Virus record (IMG/VR): IMGVR_UViG_3300037606_000137
Location: 32,001 to 96,000 of that record
DNA length: 64,000 nucleotides
Source: a virus
Strand: one strand, 5' to 3'
Positions 8,900-18,633 of this stretch are shown here, in pieces. The stretch's first letter is position 1; each line of letters begins with the position of its first letter. The translations under genes and the position numbers were made by a program. The notes under the pieces were generated by a model, which saw nothing but the letters and a program-made list of their open reading frames with translations, was not told the origin of the DNA and made no database searches.

Positions 8900-9664
8900 A
8901 TGAGTGATATTCAAAAATATAAATTTACATTAAATAAAGATTATTTAAAAGAAATTATAGATGCATTAAAAGATTTAAATAAAATTGATGCAATGATTAA
9001 AATAAAAATTGATACTGATGATGTTTTATTTTATTCAAAGGCCGGATTACATAATAATATCCATGCGTTAAAATCTTTTATATTTCCAATTGAAAATTTT
9101 ATAATTAATAAAGATAAAGAATATTTAACAAAAGATTTTATAATTTTAAATGCAAAAGTCTTTTTAGAAAATTTAACGATTATGTTGAATAGAGATCAAG
9201 CTATTACTGGTTTATTTCAATATAAAGATAAAGATAAAATTATATCAACTTTAAATTTATCTGATGGTGCATTAAAATTTAATTTTATTACTGGTGATTA
9301 TAAGCAAATTAAAGATATATCTAAATTAGATATAGAACAAAAAATGAATCCTTCATTAGCTAATTTTACTTTTAATTTAACTAAAGACCAATTTAATGAA
9401 ATAAAAAAATTAACAACTTTAAATAAATCAGAAGTTGCATCAATTAGGGTTAAATCTGGAAAATTAGAGTTTTTTGATAAACGTTGGTCATATCATGTGG
9501 CTGATTTACCTAATGTTGATGATGAAGAATGGGGATTCAATAATAAATATTTAAAATCAATTAACGTAGTTGATAATATTGATATACATATGTTTGATCA
9601 ATTTTTATTAGTTAAAGAAGATAACATTGCATTAATGATTGGTTTAGAACTTAGCGCATTATAA
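8900..9664 (+). CDS. Putative DNA sliding clamp (gp45/PCNA-like)
   Basis: 254 aa with a two-domain clamp-like pattern (F.L.K..L..II; FTFNLTKDQF.EIKKL). Confidence 0.5.
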   Translation: MSDIQKYKFTLNKDYLKEIIDALKDLNKIDAMIKIKIDTDDVLFYSKAGLHNNIHALKSFIFPIENFIINKDKEYLTKDFIILNAKVFLENLTIMLNRDQAITGLFQYKDKDKIISTLNLSDGALKFNFITGDYKQIKDISKLDIEQKMNPSLANFTFNLTKDQFNEIKKLTTLNKSEVASIRVKSGKLEFFDKRWSYHVADLPNVDDEEWGFNNKYLKSINVVDNIDIHMFDQFLLVKEDNIALMIGLELSAL

Positions 9665-10285
9665 AAATTCATTACCACCGATAGAATTAAAATTGTTAAT
9701 ATTTTCAGCAATTTTAATTCTATCATCAACAATAGGTTTAATAAAATTATCAACAACTGTACTATTAATTCTATGTCCAAAATTTGCTGTAATTACATTA
9801 TCTGATGTATAAATTCTTTTACATAGAGTTGTAATATTAGTAACAACTGTATCATTACTACCAATTATTACATAAGTTGATTTTTTATCTTCCCATGATA
9901 ATTTATCAAATTGATTTAATTGTAATTGTTTTAAATCTGTATAATTTTTTTCAGTAAATGTGAATGATTGAATGTTATCTATTCTTTTATTAAAAAAACT
10001 ATACTCACCTGTACTAACAATATCTATAATATTAAATGCTGGATTAATTAATATTTTTAATGGACCTCTTAATAAATTGGCATAAAACGCACCCATAGAC
10101 GAAGCAATAATAATTTCAGGTAATTCTTTATTAATAATATTTTGTAAGTATTTTAATGCAACTAATGGATCAACCGGTACATCAGGACATAGTATTTTAT
10201 AGTCTTTAAATGTATTCTTTAACATTTTTGATGTATTAGAATCACCAGAAGATAACCATCCATGTATGTATAATATTTTATTCAT
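9659..10285 (-). CDS. YqiA/UPF0227-like alpha/beta hydrolase
   Basis: ILYIHGW.S; ASSMGAFYA; LINPA; ND.V; GH. Confidence 0.85.
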   Translation of the reverse strand: MNKILYIHGWLSSGDSNTSKMLKNTFKDYKILCPDVPVDPLVALKYLQNIINKELPEIIIASSMGAFYANLLRGPLKILINPAFNIIDIVSTGEYSFFNKRIDNIQSFTFTEKNYTDLKQLQLNQFDKLSWEDKKSTYVIIGSNDTVVTNITTLCKRIYTSDNVITANFGHRINSTVVDNFIKPIVDDRIKIAENINNFNSIGGNEFL

Positions 10286-10308
10286 AGTACAAATATATGA
10301 TTTATTTT

Positions 10309-10830
10309 TTAAATATTACCTATAATCATTTTTTCTTTTAAAACACCAGCAATTAATCTTGTATAATGATAACCATCATCATTTAAAGAAATAATTTCTT
10401 TATTTAATAATTCTTTAGCTTTTATATTCGGTATAGGAATTCCACCAAATTTTAACATTTTATTTTCTAACGCACCACTAACTTCAGTCCACATTTTTCT
10501 GTCTACTAATTTAATATCATCTTGTAAAACTTTAAATAACATTTGTTTTCCAATATCAGAACCATCACTACCTCCACCAATTAATTTTCTACCTTTATCG
10601 TTTTTATAAATAATTGCAGTAACTATTCTATTCTCTTTTCTAACTAATTTCCATAACCATGATTTATTAATCAAATCTTCAACAGAATCAGCAGATAAAA
10701 AACCACCAATTGATTTATAACTTGTTTGTAATATATCCCAAACTTCATCTTTATATTTATACATATCATCATTAAATAAATTAATAAAACTTTCATTCAT
10801 TAATCTGTATTTATCAATTACTGTTATCAT
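10309..10830 (-). CDS. Hypothetical phage protein with N-terminal 'NES' leader
   Basis: ORF; VWDILQTSYKSIGG. Confidence 0.6.
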   Translation of the reverse strand: MITVIDKYRLMNESFINLFNDDMYKYKDEVWDILQTSYKSIGGFLSADSVEDLINKSWLWKLVRKENRIVTAIIYKNDKGRKLIGGGSDGSDIGKQMLFKVLQDDIKLVDRKMWTEVSGALENKMLKFGGIPIPNIKAKELLNKEIISLNDDGYHYTRLIAGVLKEKMIIGNI

Positions 10831-10910
10831 ATAGTATATATATAATTATTTTAAACTATATGATAAATAATCTGTATAATACATAAATAAACAAATAAAT
10901 AAATAACAAT

Positions 10911-11186
10911 ATGAGAAAGTCAATATCACCATCAACAGCAACAATGCCTGTATCTGTAAAAGTTAAAGGTAAAACAATCAAACCAATGTATGTAACATCT
11001 GAAATTACAAATCGTACAAACAAAAATTTGTGGGTAACATTTGTAGCAGGATCTCCATCAAACGGATTAGTGTACTCAATGTCATTAACACGAGATGAAG
11101 CAAAATCAGCAGCATATAAAATGTTTGGAACATCTATTTCAAATATTCGTTCTCAACGAGTAGGAACATATAGAAAAAGTGTATAA
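10911..11186 (+). CDS. Small basic protein
   Basis: Has its own TAAAC-N18-TATAAT promoter and a terminator. Confidence 0.7.
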   Translation: MRKSISPSTATMPVSVKVKGKTIKPMYVTSEITNRTNKNLWVTFVAGSPSNGLVYSMSLTRDEAKSAAYKMFGTSISNIRSQRVGTYRKSV

Positions 11187-11201
11187 AATTATCAACATAA
11201 T

Positions 11202-11236
11202 AAAAAAACCTTCAAATTAATTTGAAGGTTTTTTTT
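11202..11236. terminator. Bidirectional intrinsic terminator
   Basis: A7-CCTTCAAAT/ATTTGAAGG-T8. Confidence 0.8.
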
Positions 11237-11238
11237 AT

Positions 11239-11646
11239 TTAAAATAATTCATTTTTAATAAAATTAAATGTTTGTCTCATTGATGGATATTGTTCTTTGG
11301 GATATGTACTAGAGAATTCCATGAATTTTTTTTCTAATTCAATCCAATTTTCAGTATTATTATCTTGTATATCATCAGATTGAACATAATCATAATCATA
11401 ATCTTCATTTTGAATAGTAGTATAATCACCCTTTTCATTAAAGTTATCCATCCATAATACTATAATTCTTGATGCTTCATCTTTTTTTAAATCTGGAAAA
11501 TGTTTTAATACATATGGTAACGATTGATACATATTTGTTCGGCCATAATTTCTCAAACTATTTAAATATGACATAACCTCTTGTTCATCATCAGTTGCTT
11601 GTCTTGATTCATTTATTTTCTTAAATTCATTTATATTTGTTATCAT
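11239..11646 (-). CDS. Putative internal head protein
   Basis: MITNINEFKKINES leader. Confidence 0.5.
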   Translation of the reverse strand: MITNINEFKKINESRQATDDEQEVMSYLNSLRNYGRTNMYQSLPYVLKHFPDLKKDEASRIIVLWMDNFNEKGDYTTIQNEDYDYDYVQSDDIQDNNTENWIELEKKFMEFSSTYPKEQYPSMRQTFNFIKNELF

Positions 11647-11649
11647 AAT

Positions 11650-12654
11650 TTAATTAGTCATTTTATATTTTATTATTTCTTCTTTCATTTTATCGAATGT
11701 ATTTTGATAAATTTCATATTCTGAATTACCTTCACACATAGCAACAATATATGGTTTAACTACCTTTTCTAATTCAACCCAATCTATATCATGATATAAA
11801 TCTTCACCTACATCATTCATAGATTCGTTAGATCTTGATAATTCTTGTGCTCGTCTAAAAAATATTTCTACATTATTTAAATAATATATTTCCATATTAT
11901 TATCTATAATATAATTCAATAAAGCAACACCTCTTTTAACAGCTTTATTTTTATCTTTAATACTATTAGCCATATTTCTAGACATTGTTGCAACATCCTT
12001 TTTAACTAATGAAATAATGCGTTCAACATCTTTAGCATCTGGTTTTACGTTATCTAAATCTAAATCTTTATATTTAAATTTTAAATCTGTTACTCTATCA
12101 TCAAATTGTTTTTTTATAGCTGCATTTTTTGTATCTTTTTCTATTTGTATTCTATTATTTTCAGCGTCAATTTTTACTTGTTTTTTAGCTTGTAATTCTT
12201 CTGGTGTATCTACTTTATAAGGAACTCCAATTTTATTCATCCATGCTTTCCATAATGAATAATAAGATATATCAAAATAATTTCTACCAATTCCACTACC
12301 TATAATATCAAGTAAGTATTCTTTTTCTTTCATTACTTCATTTGCCATTGCAAACATTGCACCACCTCTAGCACCTTCACCAATTGATGATTGCCATAAT
12401 CTAGTACCGCGTTGACCACCATATTTGTCTTGCATGACACTTTCAGCTTCATCTTGAATATAAACCAAACCTTCAACTCCACCACGACCAGCAAAACTAC
12501 TAGTTCCTGGGTCTGTTGGTGGTTTTTTCATTCTATTTGGTCTAGTTTCATCTATATCATCTAATGCTACAACCATACCATCAGGTAAAGTATTAGATTC
12601 ATTAATTTTTGATTCATTTATAGATTTTTTAAATATGTTAATATTAGTTATCAT
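11650..12654 (-). CDS. Putative internal head protein
   Basis: MITNINIFKKSINES leader. Confidence 0.5.
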   Translation of the reverse strand: MITNINIFKKSINESKINESNTLPDGMVVALDDIDETRPNRMKKPPTDPGTSSFAGRGGVEGLVYIQDEAESVMQDKYGGQRGTRLWQSSIGEGARGGAMFAMANEVMKEKEYLLDIIGSGIGRNYFDISYYSLWKAWMNKIGVPYKVDTPEELQAKKQVKIDAENNRIQIEKDTKNAAIKKQFDDRVTDLKFKYKDLDLDNVKPDAKDVERIISLVKKDVATMSRNMANSIKDKNKAVKRGVALLNYIIDNNMEIYYLNNVEIFFRRAQELSRSNESMNDVGEDLYHDIDWVELEKVVKPYIVAMCEGNSEYEIYQNTFDKMKEEIIKYKMTN

Positions 12655-12777
12655 TAATTATCATAATTATTTTTATTTAATTTATTATCTATTTTATGTA
12701 AAATAACAAATATAACGAGTATTACAATTATTATAAACATAAAATAGATTTTATTATTATATATAAAAAAAGCCGAA

Positions 12778-14685
12778 TTAATATCCAGCTTTTTTTAATG
12801 ATAAATTTAATTCATCAAGTTCAGTATTCCAAATTTCTTCGGGTGTTTTTAATTTATATAATTTTATTTCTAATTTCATATCTTTTGCTTGTTTTCTATA
12901 TTCATCATATTTTTCTTTTGATAAATGATATACTGGAATATTTAATAAATAATCATAATTATCATTATATTTATCAAATTCCATATCTTCTAAATTTTTA
13001 ATAATATCAGATTTAGATTTATTATTTATTAAAACAGCTCCATCAATTACGGCTTTAATAAAACATACAAGATTAAAATATCTAATGTATTGTTTTTCTA
13101 AAATTTTAATATATGATTCTTTACGTTTTATATAATATTGCAATCTTAAATCAAACCAAGTATTTAATAATTCTTCAGCAGTATTCCATTTAACAATTTT
13201 ATTATCTAAAAATGTATTCATATTATTAATAGATATATTTGCAGTTAATTTTAATAATGATTCTAAGTTATTAATTTTTGTTCCAGCATTTAATGTAATT
13301 GTTATATGTACTAATTCATCTGTAGAATTATCTAAATATGTTTTAATAATTTTATCATCACATAATTTATCTAAAATTGAAATATATTTATCTGTTGATA
13401 CATCTACCGGTAATTCTGTTATTAAAACTTGTAATTTATTTTTAGATAAAGTAAAAATACCTTTTGAAATATATGTATTTCTTTCTGCGTCCCAATCTAA
13501 ATCACCATTCCATTTATTATATGATGGATTAATTGCATATTTAATATCAGGTCGTGTTAATTTTTTTTGTATAACTTGAATCAATGCCATTGGATCATAT
13601 TTAGGTACGTCTGTAGACCAACCTGTACCAATTCCAGATGTACCATTTACTAAAAGTGTAGGTATAATAGGTAAAAAATATTCAGGTTCTATACGATCAA
13701 CATCTTCATATAAATAATTTAAAATTTGTTCATCTTCTTTTCTAAAAATTAAACTGGTAATTGGATTTAAATATGTGTAAATATATCTAGGACTTGCTGC
13801 AGATTTTGGATCACGTCTTGATCCAAAATTACCTTTTGGTATAAACATCGAAATATTGTTACTGAATACAAAATCCTGTGCCATATTAATAATAGTTCCA
13901 TACATGTTAGATTCGCCATGAGCATAATGTGTTTGTTCTGCAACATAAGCACCAAATTGTGCAACTTTAGTTTCTGCTTTTAAATTACGTTTAAAAGCAC
14001 CAAACATGATTTTTCTTTGAGACGGTTTGAACCCGTCAATTAAATGTGGTATAGATATAATATTATCATAATTACTAAATTGAATAAATTCAGTATCAAT
14101 AAAATCATTTATATTGTTTGGTTTTCCAAATTTATCTGGTAAAATTTCACCTTTATAATTTGTCATCCATTCTTTACGTTCATTAGCTCTTGTTTTATTA
14201 AAAACCAAATCAATTTTATCACTATCACGTTTATCGATAAATTTAAATTTAATTAAATGTTTATCAATATTTTTAAACATTTCTTTAATTTCAGGTGCTG
14301 TAATTGTACCTAAACCTTTATAATATTTTATAGTAAACCCATTTAATTTATCATTAACTTTATCTCTTTTATATTTATCAATATCGTAATACTCTTTAAT
14401 AACTTTACCTTTTGTAGCTTTTACAATAGGTGTTATAAATTCATAACAAAAACCTAATTCTAACAATTCAGGCCACATTTTATGTATAAAATTAATTAAT
14501 AAACCTTTAATTGAAATACCAAAACAATTATGTGTTAACATATATCCAAGTTCATGTTTAATATGAAATGTGTGATCATTTTCAATAGTTAAATCTATGC
14601 ATTTTGTTTCTTTGTTTATGTGTGAAATACTGTCTATTTTATGTATTTCATATTGACTCAAATCTATATTTATTTTTTCTATCAT
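12778..14685 (-). CDS. Type II topoisomerase C-terminal half (end of TOPRIM plus GyrA/ParC-like domain) with a C-intein at its N-terminus
   Basis: IDLTIENDHTF...LTHN|C intein blocks F/G; YYKGLGT; DGFKPSQRK; YAHGE; AASPRYI catalytic Tyr. Confidence 0.92.
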   Translation of the reverse strand: MIEKINIDLSQYEIHKIDSISHINKETKCIDLTIENDHTFHIKHELGYMLTHNCFGISIKGLLINFIHKMWPELLELGFCYEFITPIVKATKGKVIKEYYDIDKYKRDKVNDKLNGFTIKYYKGLGTITAPEIKEMFKNIDKHLIKFKFIDKRDSDKIDLVFNKTRANERKEWMTNYKGEILPDKFGKPNNINDFIDTEFIQFSNYDNIISIPHLIDGFKPSQRKIMFGAFKRNLKAETKVAQFGAYVAEQTHYAHGESNMYGTIINMAQDFVFSNNISMFIPKGNFGSRRDPKSAASPRYIYTYLNPITSLIFRKEDEQILNYLYEDVDRIEPEYFLPIIPTLLVNGTSGIGTGWSTDVPKYDPMALIQVIQKKLTRPDIKYAINPSYNKWNGDLDWDAERNTYISKGIFTLSKNKLQVLITELPVDVSTDKYISILDKLCDDKIIKTYLDNSTDELVHITITLNAGTKINNLESLLKLTANISINNMNTFLDNKIVKWNTAEELLNTWFDLRLQYYIKRKESYIKILEKQYIRYFNLVCFIKAVIDGAVLINNKSKSDIIKNLEDMEFDKYNDNYDYLLNIPVYHLSKEKYDEYRKQAKDMKLEIKLYKLKTPEEIWNTELDELNLSLKKAGY

Positions 14686-15719
14686 AAGTATATTATGTTT
14701 TTAATTATTTTTAATTGTTTTATTATGTCTATTAATATTTTTTCTTCTGGTACATTGTTTTCCCATAAAATAATAAGTGGTCCATTTGTTGATTCTATAA
14801 TTTGTTTATTTCTAATTTCATCATCTTTCCAAATTTCGTATGCATATTTCTTTTTTAATTTATGATAATAGTCTTTTTTGTAATTTCTTGGGTCACAGTG
14901 CCAAAATTGCCCAAAAAATTCTAAACATATATTATAATCTACTAAATAAAAATCTACAATTTTTGGTCTTATTTTGTTTAAAATATGAATTGGATATTCT
15001 TCGATATATTTAATATTGTATAATTCTAATGTTTGTTTAATTTTTTGTGATACTTTACTTATTTTTGTTCCAGTTGTAACTTTTATTAATTTTGCTAAAT
15101 ATGATTCATATTTAGTTTTACCTATATCATATCCAAATTTATTTATATACCAATCTAAAGTATTAGATTTTCCTATTTTATCACATCTCTCTTTATATTT
15201 TATTGGTCCGTCAATTTCACCATATCTTATAATATAACCAGCTAAATTTGTACGCTGTGATATTGGTACATTATCACCAGATTTATTTCTGTTTGGTAAT
15301 ACTATATATTGTGCATCTTCTAATGTTATTTTTTTTATTATTGATAAATATTTTGGATTAGAACCAATGTGTTCATATGTTTTTTTATCATATGATGTAC
15401 CCAATATTTTTAAACTTAAATCATTTTTACATTCAATACTATTACAAAAAAAACCACATTTATAGTATCTAGTAAATGTATAATTTTCATTATCTAATCT
15501 ATAAATAAAAAAAGAGTTTTTATTACAATTTCCACATTTTTCTATAGGTTTATCCTCAACATAATATCTTTTAATGTAATCATCAAATATTATATTATGT
15601 TTTCTTTTAACATGACTAATTAAACCACTATTATTATTTACTATTTTATTACATATTTTACAAGTCATACACATACCAAATTGTTTATATTTATATATTA
15701 ATTTTGGTATGTGTATCAA
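14682..15719 (-). CDS. Free-standing endonuclease (Zn fingers plus Vsr/DUF559-like domain); likely start near 15675
   Basis: CKIC..H...H; VDFY..LEFFGQFWH..D..R; IILWE. Confidence 0.75.
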   Translation of the reverse strand: MIHIPKLIYKYKQFGMCMTCKICNKIVNNNSGLISHVKRKHNIIFDDYIKRYYVEDKPIEKCGNCNKNSFFIYRLDNENYTFTRYYKCGFFCNSIECKNDLSLKILGTSYDKKTYEHIGSNPKYLSIIKKITLEDAQYIVLPNRNKSGDNVPISQRTNLAGYIIRYGEIDGPIKYKERCDKIGKSNTLDWYINKFGYDIGKTKYESYLAKLIKVTTGTKISKVSQKIKQTLELYNIKYIEEYPIHILNKIRPKIVDFYLVDYNICLEFFGQFWHCDPRNYKKDYYHKLKKKYAYEIWKDDEIRNKQIIESTNGPLIILWENNVPEEKILIDIIKQLKIIKNIIYL

Positions 15720-17497
15720 TTTCTTTTTATTAATACTAAATCTGTGTATAGCAATGATTCTGCATAAATTACTATAGTTTCACCATTGCGTAATACAATT
15801 AATTTGTGTTGTTTACTACATAAATATTCAGTGCCTGAAACCATAAATGACACCATATCATTTTTTATAGATGCAATTATATTTATAACTTTTTTATATT
15901 CTCCGGTGTGTGTTAATACATAATCATCATATGTAATATTTTTTATTTTCTTTTCGCCATCTTTTGTTAAAACTATAGTATTTTCTTCTAAACAGTCAGC
16001 ATCAGTAAAAAATACAATTTTACCATATCTTAATTCGTTTATATCTGTATATTTTTTACCCGGTACTAATCCAATAATTTTAATAATATTTGCTATTTCA
16101 TCATTATTAATTATTTTAGATACCGGTACATCTCTTACATTTAATGGTCTTCCTTTTATTGGAAAAACACCCCAATAATCTCTACCAACAACACTCAACC
16201 CTGTTATAACTGTTCCTTTTGCACTATCACCTTCTGTAATACAAAGTGTTGATTTATAACCACTTGTAGTTCCAGCTTTATGTGCATCAACTAATTTTTC
16301 TACACGAATTGTTTTACCAGCAGATTTTTTATTCATTTTATTCAATGCTGCTTGTTCTTTCATTAAAACCCATTCTAAAATAGATTCTATGATTTCAGAT
16401 TTCATTAATAATTTATATAATTTATCAGATAAATCAACATCATCTATAATTTTAGATATTAAATTTTCTTTTGTTTGTGCATCAAATTTAGGATTAGCTA
16501 TTTTACATATTAAAAACATGTGAAATTTATTTTTAATATCGTTTGGTTTAATATTAATACCTTTTCTACCTTTAGTTAAATCTGTTATTAATCTTTTAAT
16601 AACTTTACTCATTATAAAATCAACATGTGTTCCACCTTGCCATGTAGTATTACCGTTTATAATAGAACAGTGTTCAAATGTGTCTGTACTTGATTGTGTT
16701 AAACCAATATTCCATTTATCATTAATTTCTTCTTTAAATAATTCTGCATTTGGTTCTATATGTAATGACATCCAATCTGAAATATTATTAATTTTAATTA
16801 ATTCATCATTAAAATAAACTTTAATATTTGGATTGTATGCAGCAATATCATATGCTCTTTTAATACATAATTTCATTGTATCATTACTATAATCAGCTAT
16901 TGGTAGTCTTGTAATATCTGTATTATATGTTACACATGTATATGATTTTTTACATGGTTTTATAACGGGTTTTGTTTTATTTCTTGCATTATTTGATAAT
17001 TCTTGATAATAAGATTTAGATCCATCACCACAATCAATAATAAATTTTGATGAAAATAATGCAACACAACCAGAACCAACACCATTTCTACCAGCACCAT
17101 AACGTTCTTCGGTATCATTGTAATTCGACCCAGAATTTAAACGCCCTAAAACCATTTCAGGAACATACATATTATGTTCTTTATGAATTGTAACTGGAAT
17201 ACCTTCACCATCATTCCATACTTTAATAGTCCAATCGCTTTCTATATTAATTTTAATGGTTGTAACTTTTTTCCCCCTTTGTGCATGATCTGACGCATTT
17301 GTTATAATTTCATCATATAATTTCAAAAATCCGGGTATATATGTTAATGATTGTTTTCGAATATGATTATCTTCAAAACACCACATATCTTTAGTTTGTT
17401 CTTCAATAGAACCAATCATTGTATCAGGTCTAAGTAAAATTTGTTCTTCTTGACTTAATAATTTATATTCTTCTTCAACATTTATTTTTTTTACCAT
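15716..17497 (-). CDS. Type II topoisomerase N-terminal half (GHKL ATPase plus TOPRIM) ending in an N-intein
   Basis: EIITNASD, GRNGVG, EGDSA, PIKGRPLNV, TDAD|CLEENT..HKL intein blocks A/B. Confidence 0.92.
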   Translation of the reverse strand: MVKKINVEEEYKLLSQEEQILLRPDTMIGSIEEQTKDMWCFEDNHIRKQSLTYIPGFLKLYDEIITNASDHAQRGKKVTTIKINIESDWTIKVWNDGEGIPVTIHKEHNMYVPEMVLGRLNSGSNYNDTEERYGAGRNGVGSGCVALFSSKFIIDCGDGSKSYYQELSNNARNKTKPVIKPCKKSYTCVTYNTDITRLPIADYSNDTMKLCIKRAYDIAAYNPNIKVYFNDELIKINNISDWMSLHIEPNAELFKEEINDKWNIGLTQSSTDTFEHCSIINGNTTWQGGTHVDFIMSKVIKRLITDLTKGRKGINIKPNDIKNKFHMFLICKIANPKFDAQTKENLISKIIDDVDLSDKLYKLLMKSEIIESILEWVLMKEQAALNKMNKKSAGKTIRVEKLVDAHKAGTTSGYKSTLCITEGDSAKGTVITGLSVVGRDYWGVFPIKGRPLNVRDVPVSKIINNDEIANIIKIIGLVPGKKYTDINELRYGKIVFFTDADCLEENTIVLTKDGEKKIKNITYDDYVLTHTGEYKKVINIIASIKNDMVSFMVSGTEYLCSKQHKLIVLRNGETIVIYAESLLYTDLVLIKRN

Positions 17498-17667
17498 AAT
17501 CTAATTAATCCTTTTATTCATTTAAATGTATTACTATACTTTTATTATACATTTAAACTTTTATTTGTTTATTAATTTATTCTTATATAGTATTTTTTAT
17601 TTTAATACATAAAAATATTTTTTTATTAAATAAAAAATTAATATATTTGTAAAAAATAAAATTAATT

Positions 17668-17979
17668 ATGAAATATATTAAATTATCAATTACAACATTT
17701 TTCTTGTTTATATCATTTTGGTTAACAACATTAATATTCGGAAAACAATTTTCTGTGAATAACTTAGAATATGCTATTGACAATCATACAGAAAACACAT
17801 TAATGATTTTAATCATATCAACAGTGTTATCTGCAATCGGTATATTTTTGTTAGGTCTATTAGCTCTTTTTATACATTATGTTTTTGTAAAATTAACATT
17901 TCATAATGAAATTAGAAAAGATGCTTTTTTATTATTGAAATATAGACGTAATAAACAAAATAAATTAAAAACAAAATAA
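17668..17979 (+). CDS. Membrane protein
   Basis: Two hydrophobic segments; TATATTTG upstream. Confidence 0.55.
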   Translation: MKYIKLSITTFFLFISFWLTTLIFGKQFSVNNLEYAIDNHTENTLMILIISTVLSAIGIFLLGLLALFIHYVFVKLTFHNEIRKDAFLLLKYRRNKQNKLKTK

Positions 17980-17981
17980 AT

Positions 17982-18629
17982 ATGAAAGAACAAATTAAAT
18001 CATTTTTATTAAAAATTAAAATACAACTAAAATTAGTTAATTGGAATTCTATATCAGTGCGTTATAATTTATCAGAATCATTCATTAGAGAAAATAAAGA
18101 TAGAGTTGATTGGTTTCGTATATCACAATATCAAAAGTTATCAGAAGCTTTTATAACAGAATTTAAAGATAAAGTTGATTGGAATAATATATCAGGTTAT
18201 CAAAATTTATCTGAATCTTTTATCAGAGAATTTAAAGATTTAGTTGATTGGGGTTATATATCAATGTATCAAAATTTAACGGAAAATTTCATTAGAGAAT
18301 TTAAAAATGAAGTTGATTGGTATTATATATCATGTAGTCAAAAGTTATCAGAATCATTCATTAGAGAAAATAAAGATGATGTTAATTGGGATTATATATC
18401 ATGTTTTCAAAAATTATCAGAAGAATTTATAATAGAAAATAAAGATAGAGTTTATTGGGATTATATATCAAGTAATCAAAAGTTATCCGAATCATTCATA
18501 TCAAAACATAAAAGATGATATTAATTGGACTAGTTGGTTGTTGAAGTTAGAATTCATAAAGATGATCTAACTGCATTGGTTCATGATGGTGGTAAAATTA
18601 GATGTCAAAAATTTACAATTTTAAATTAA
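17982..18629 (+). pseudogene. Truncated paralog of the Trp-repeat protein (ORF 17982-18518 plus stranded C-terminal remnant ~18534-18629)
   Basis: Same N-terminal segment and same C-terminal LVVEV.IHKDDL.ALVH.GGKIRCQKFTILN as the next gene, interrupted by stops. Confidence 0.6.
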
Positions 18630-18633
18630 AAGT

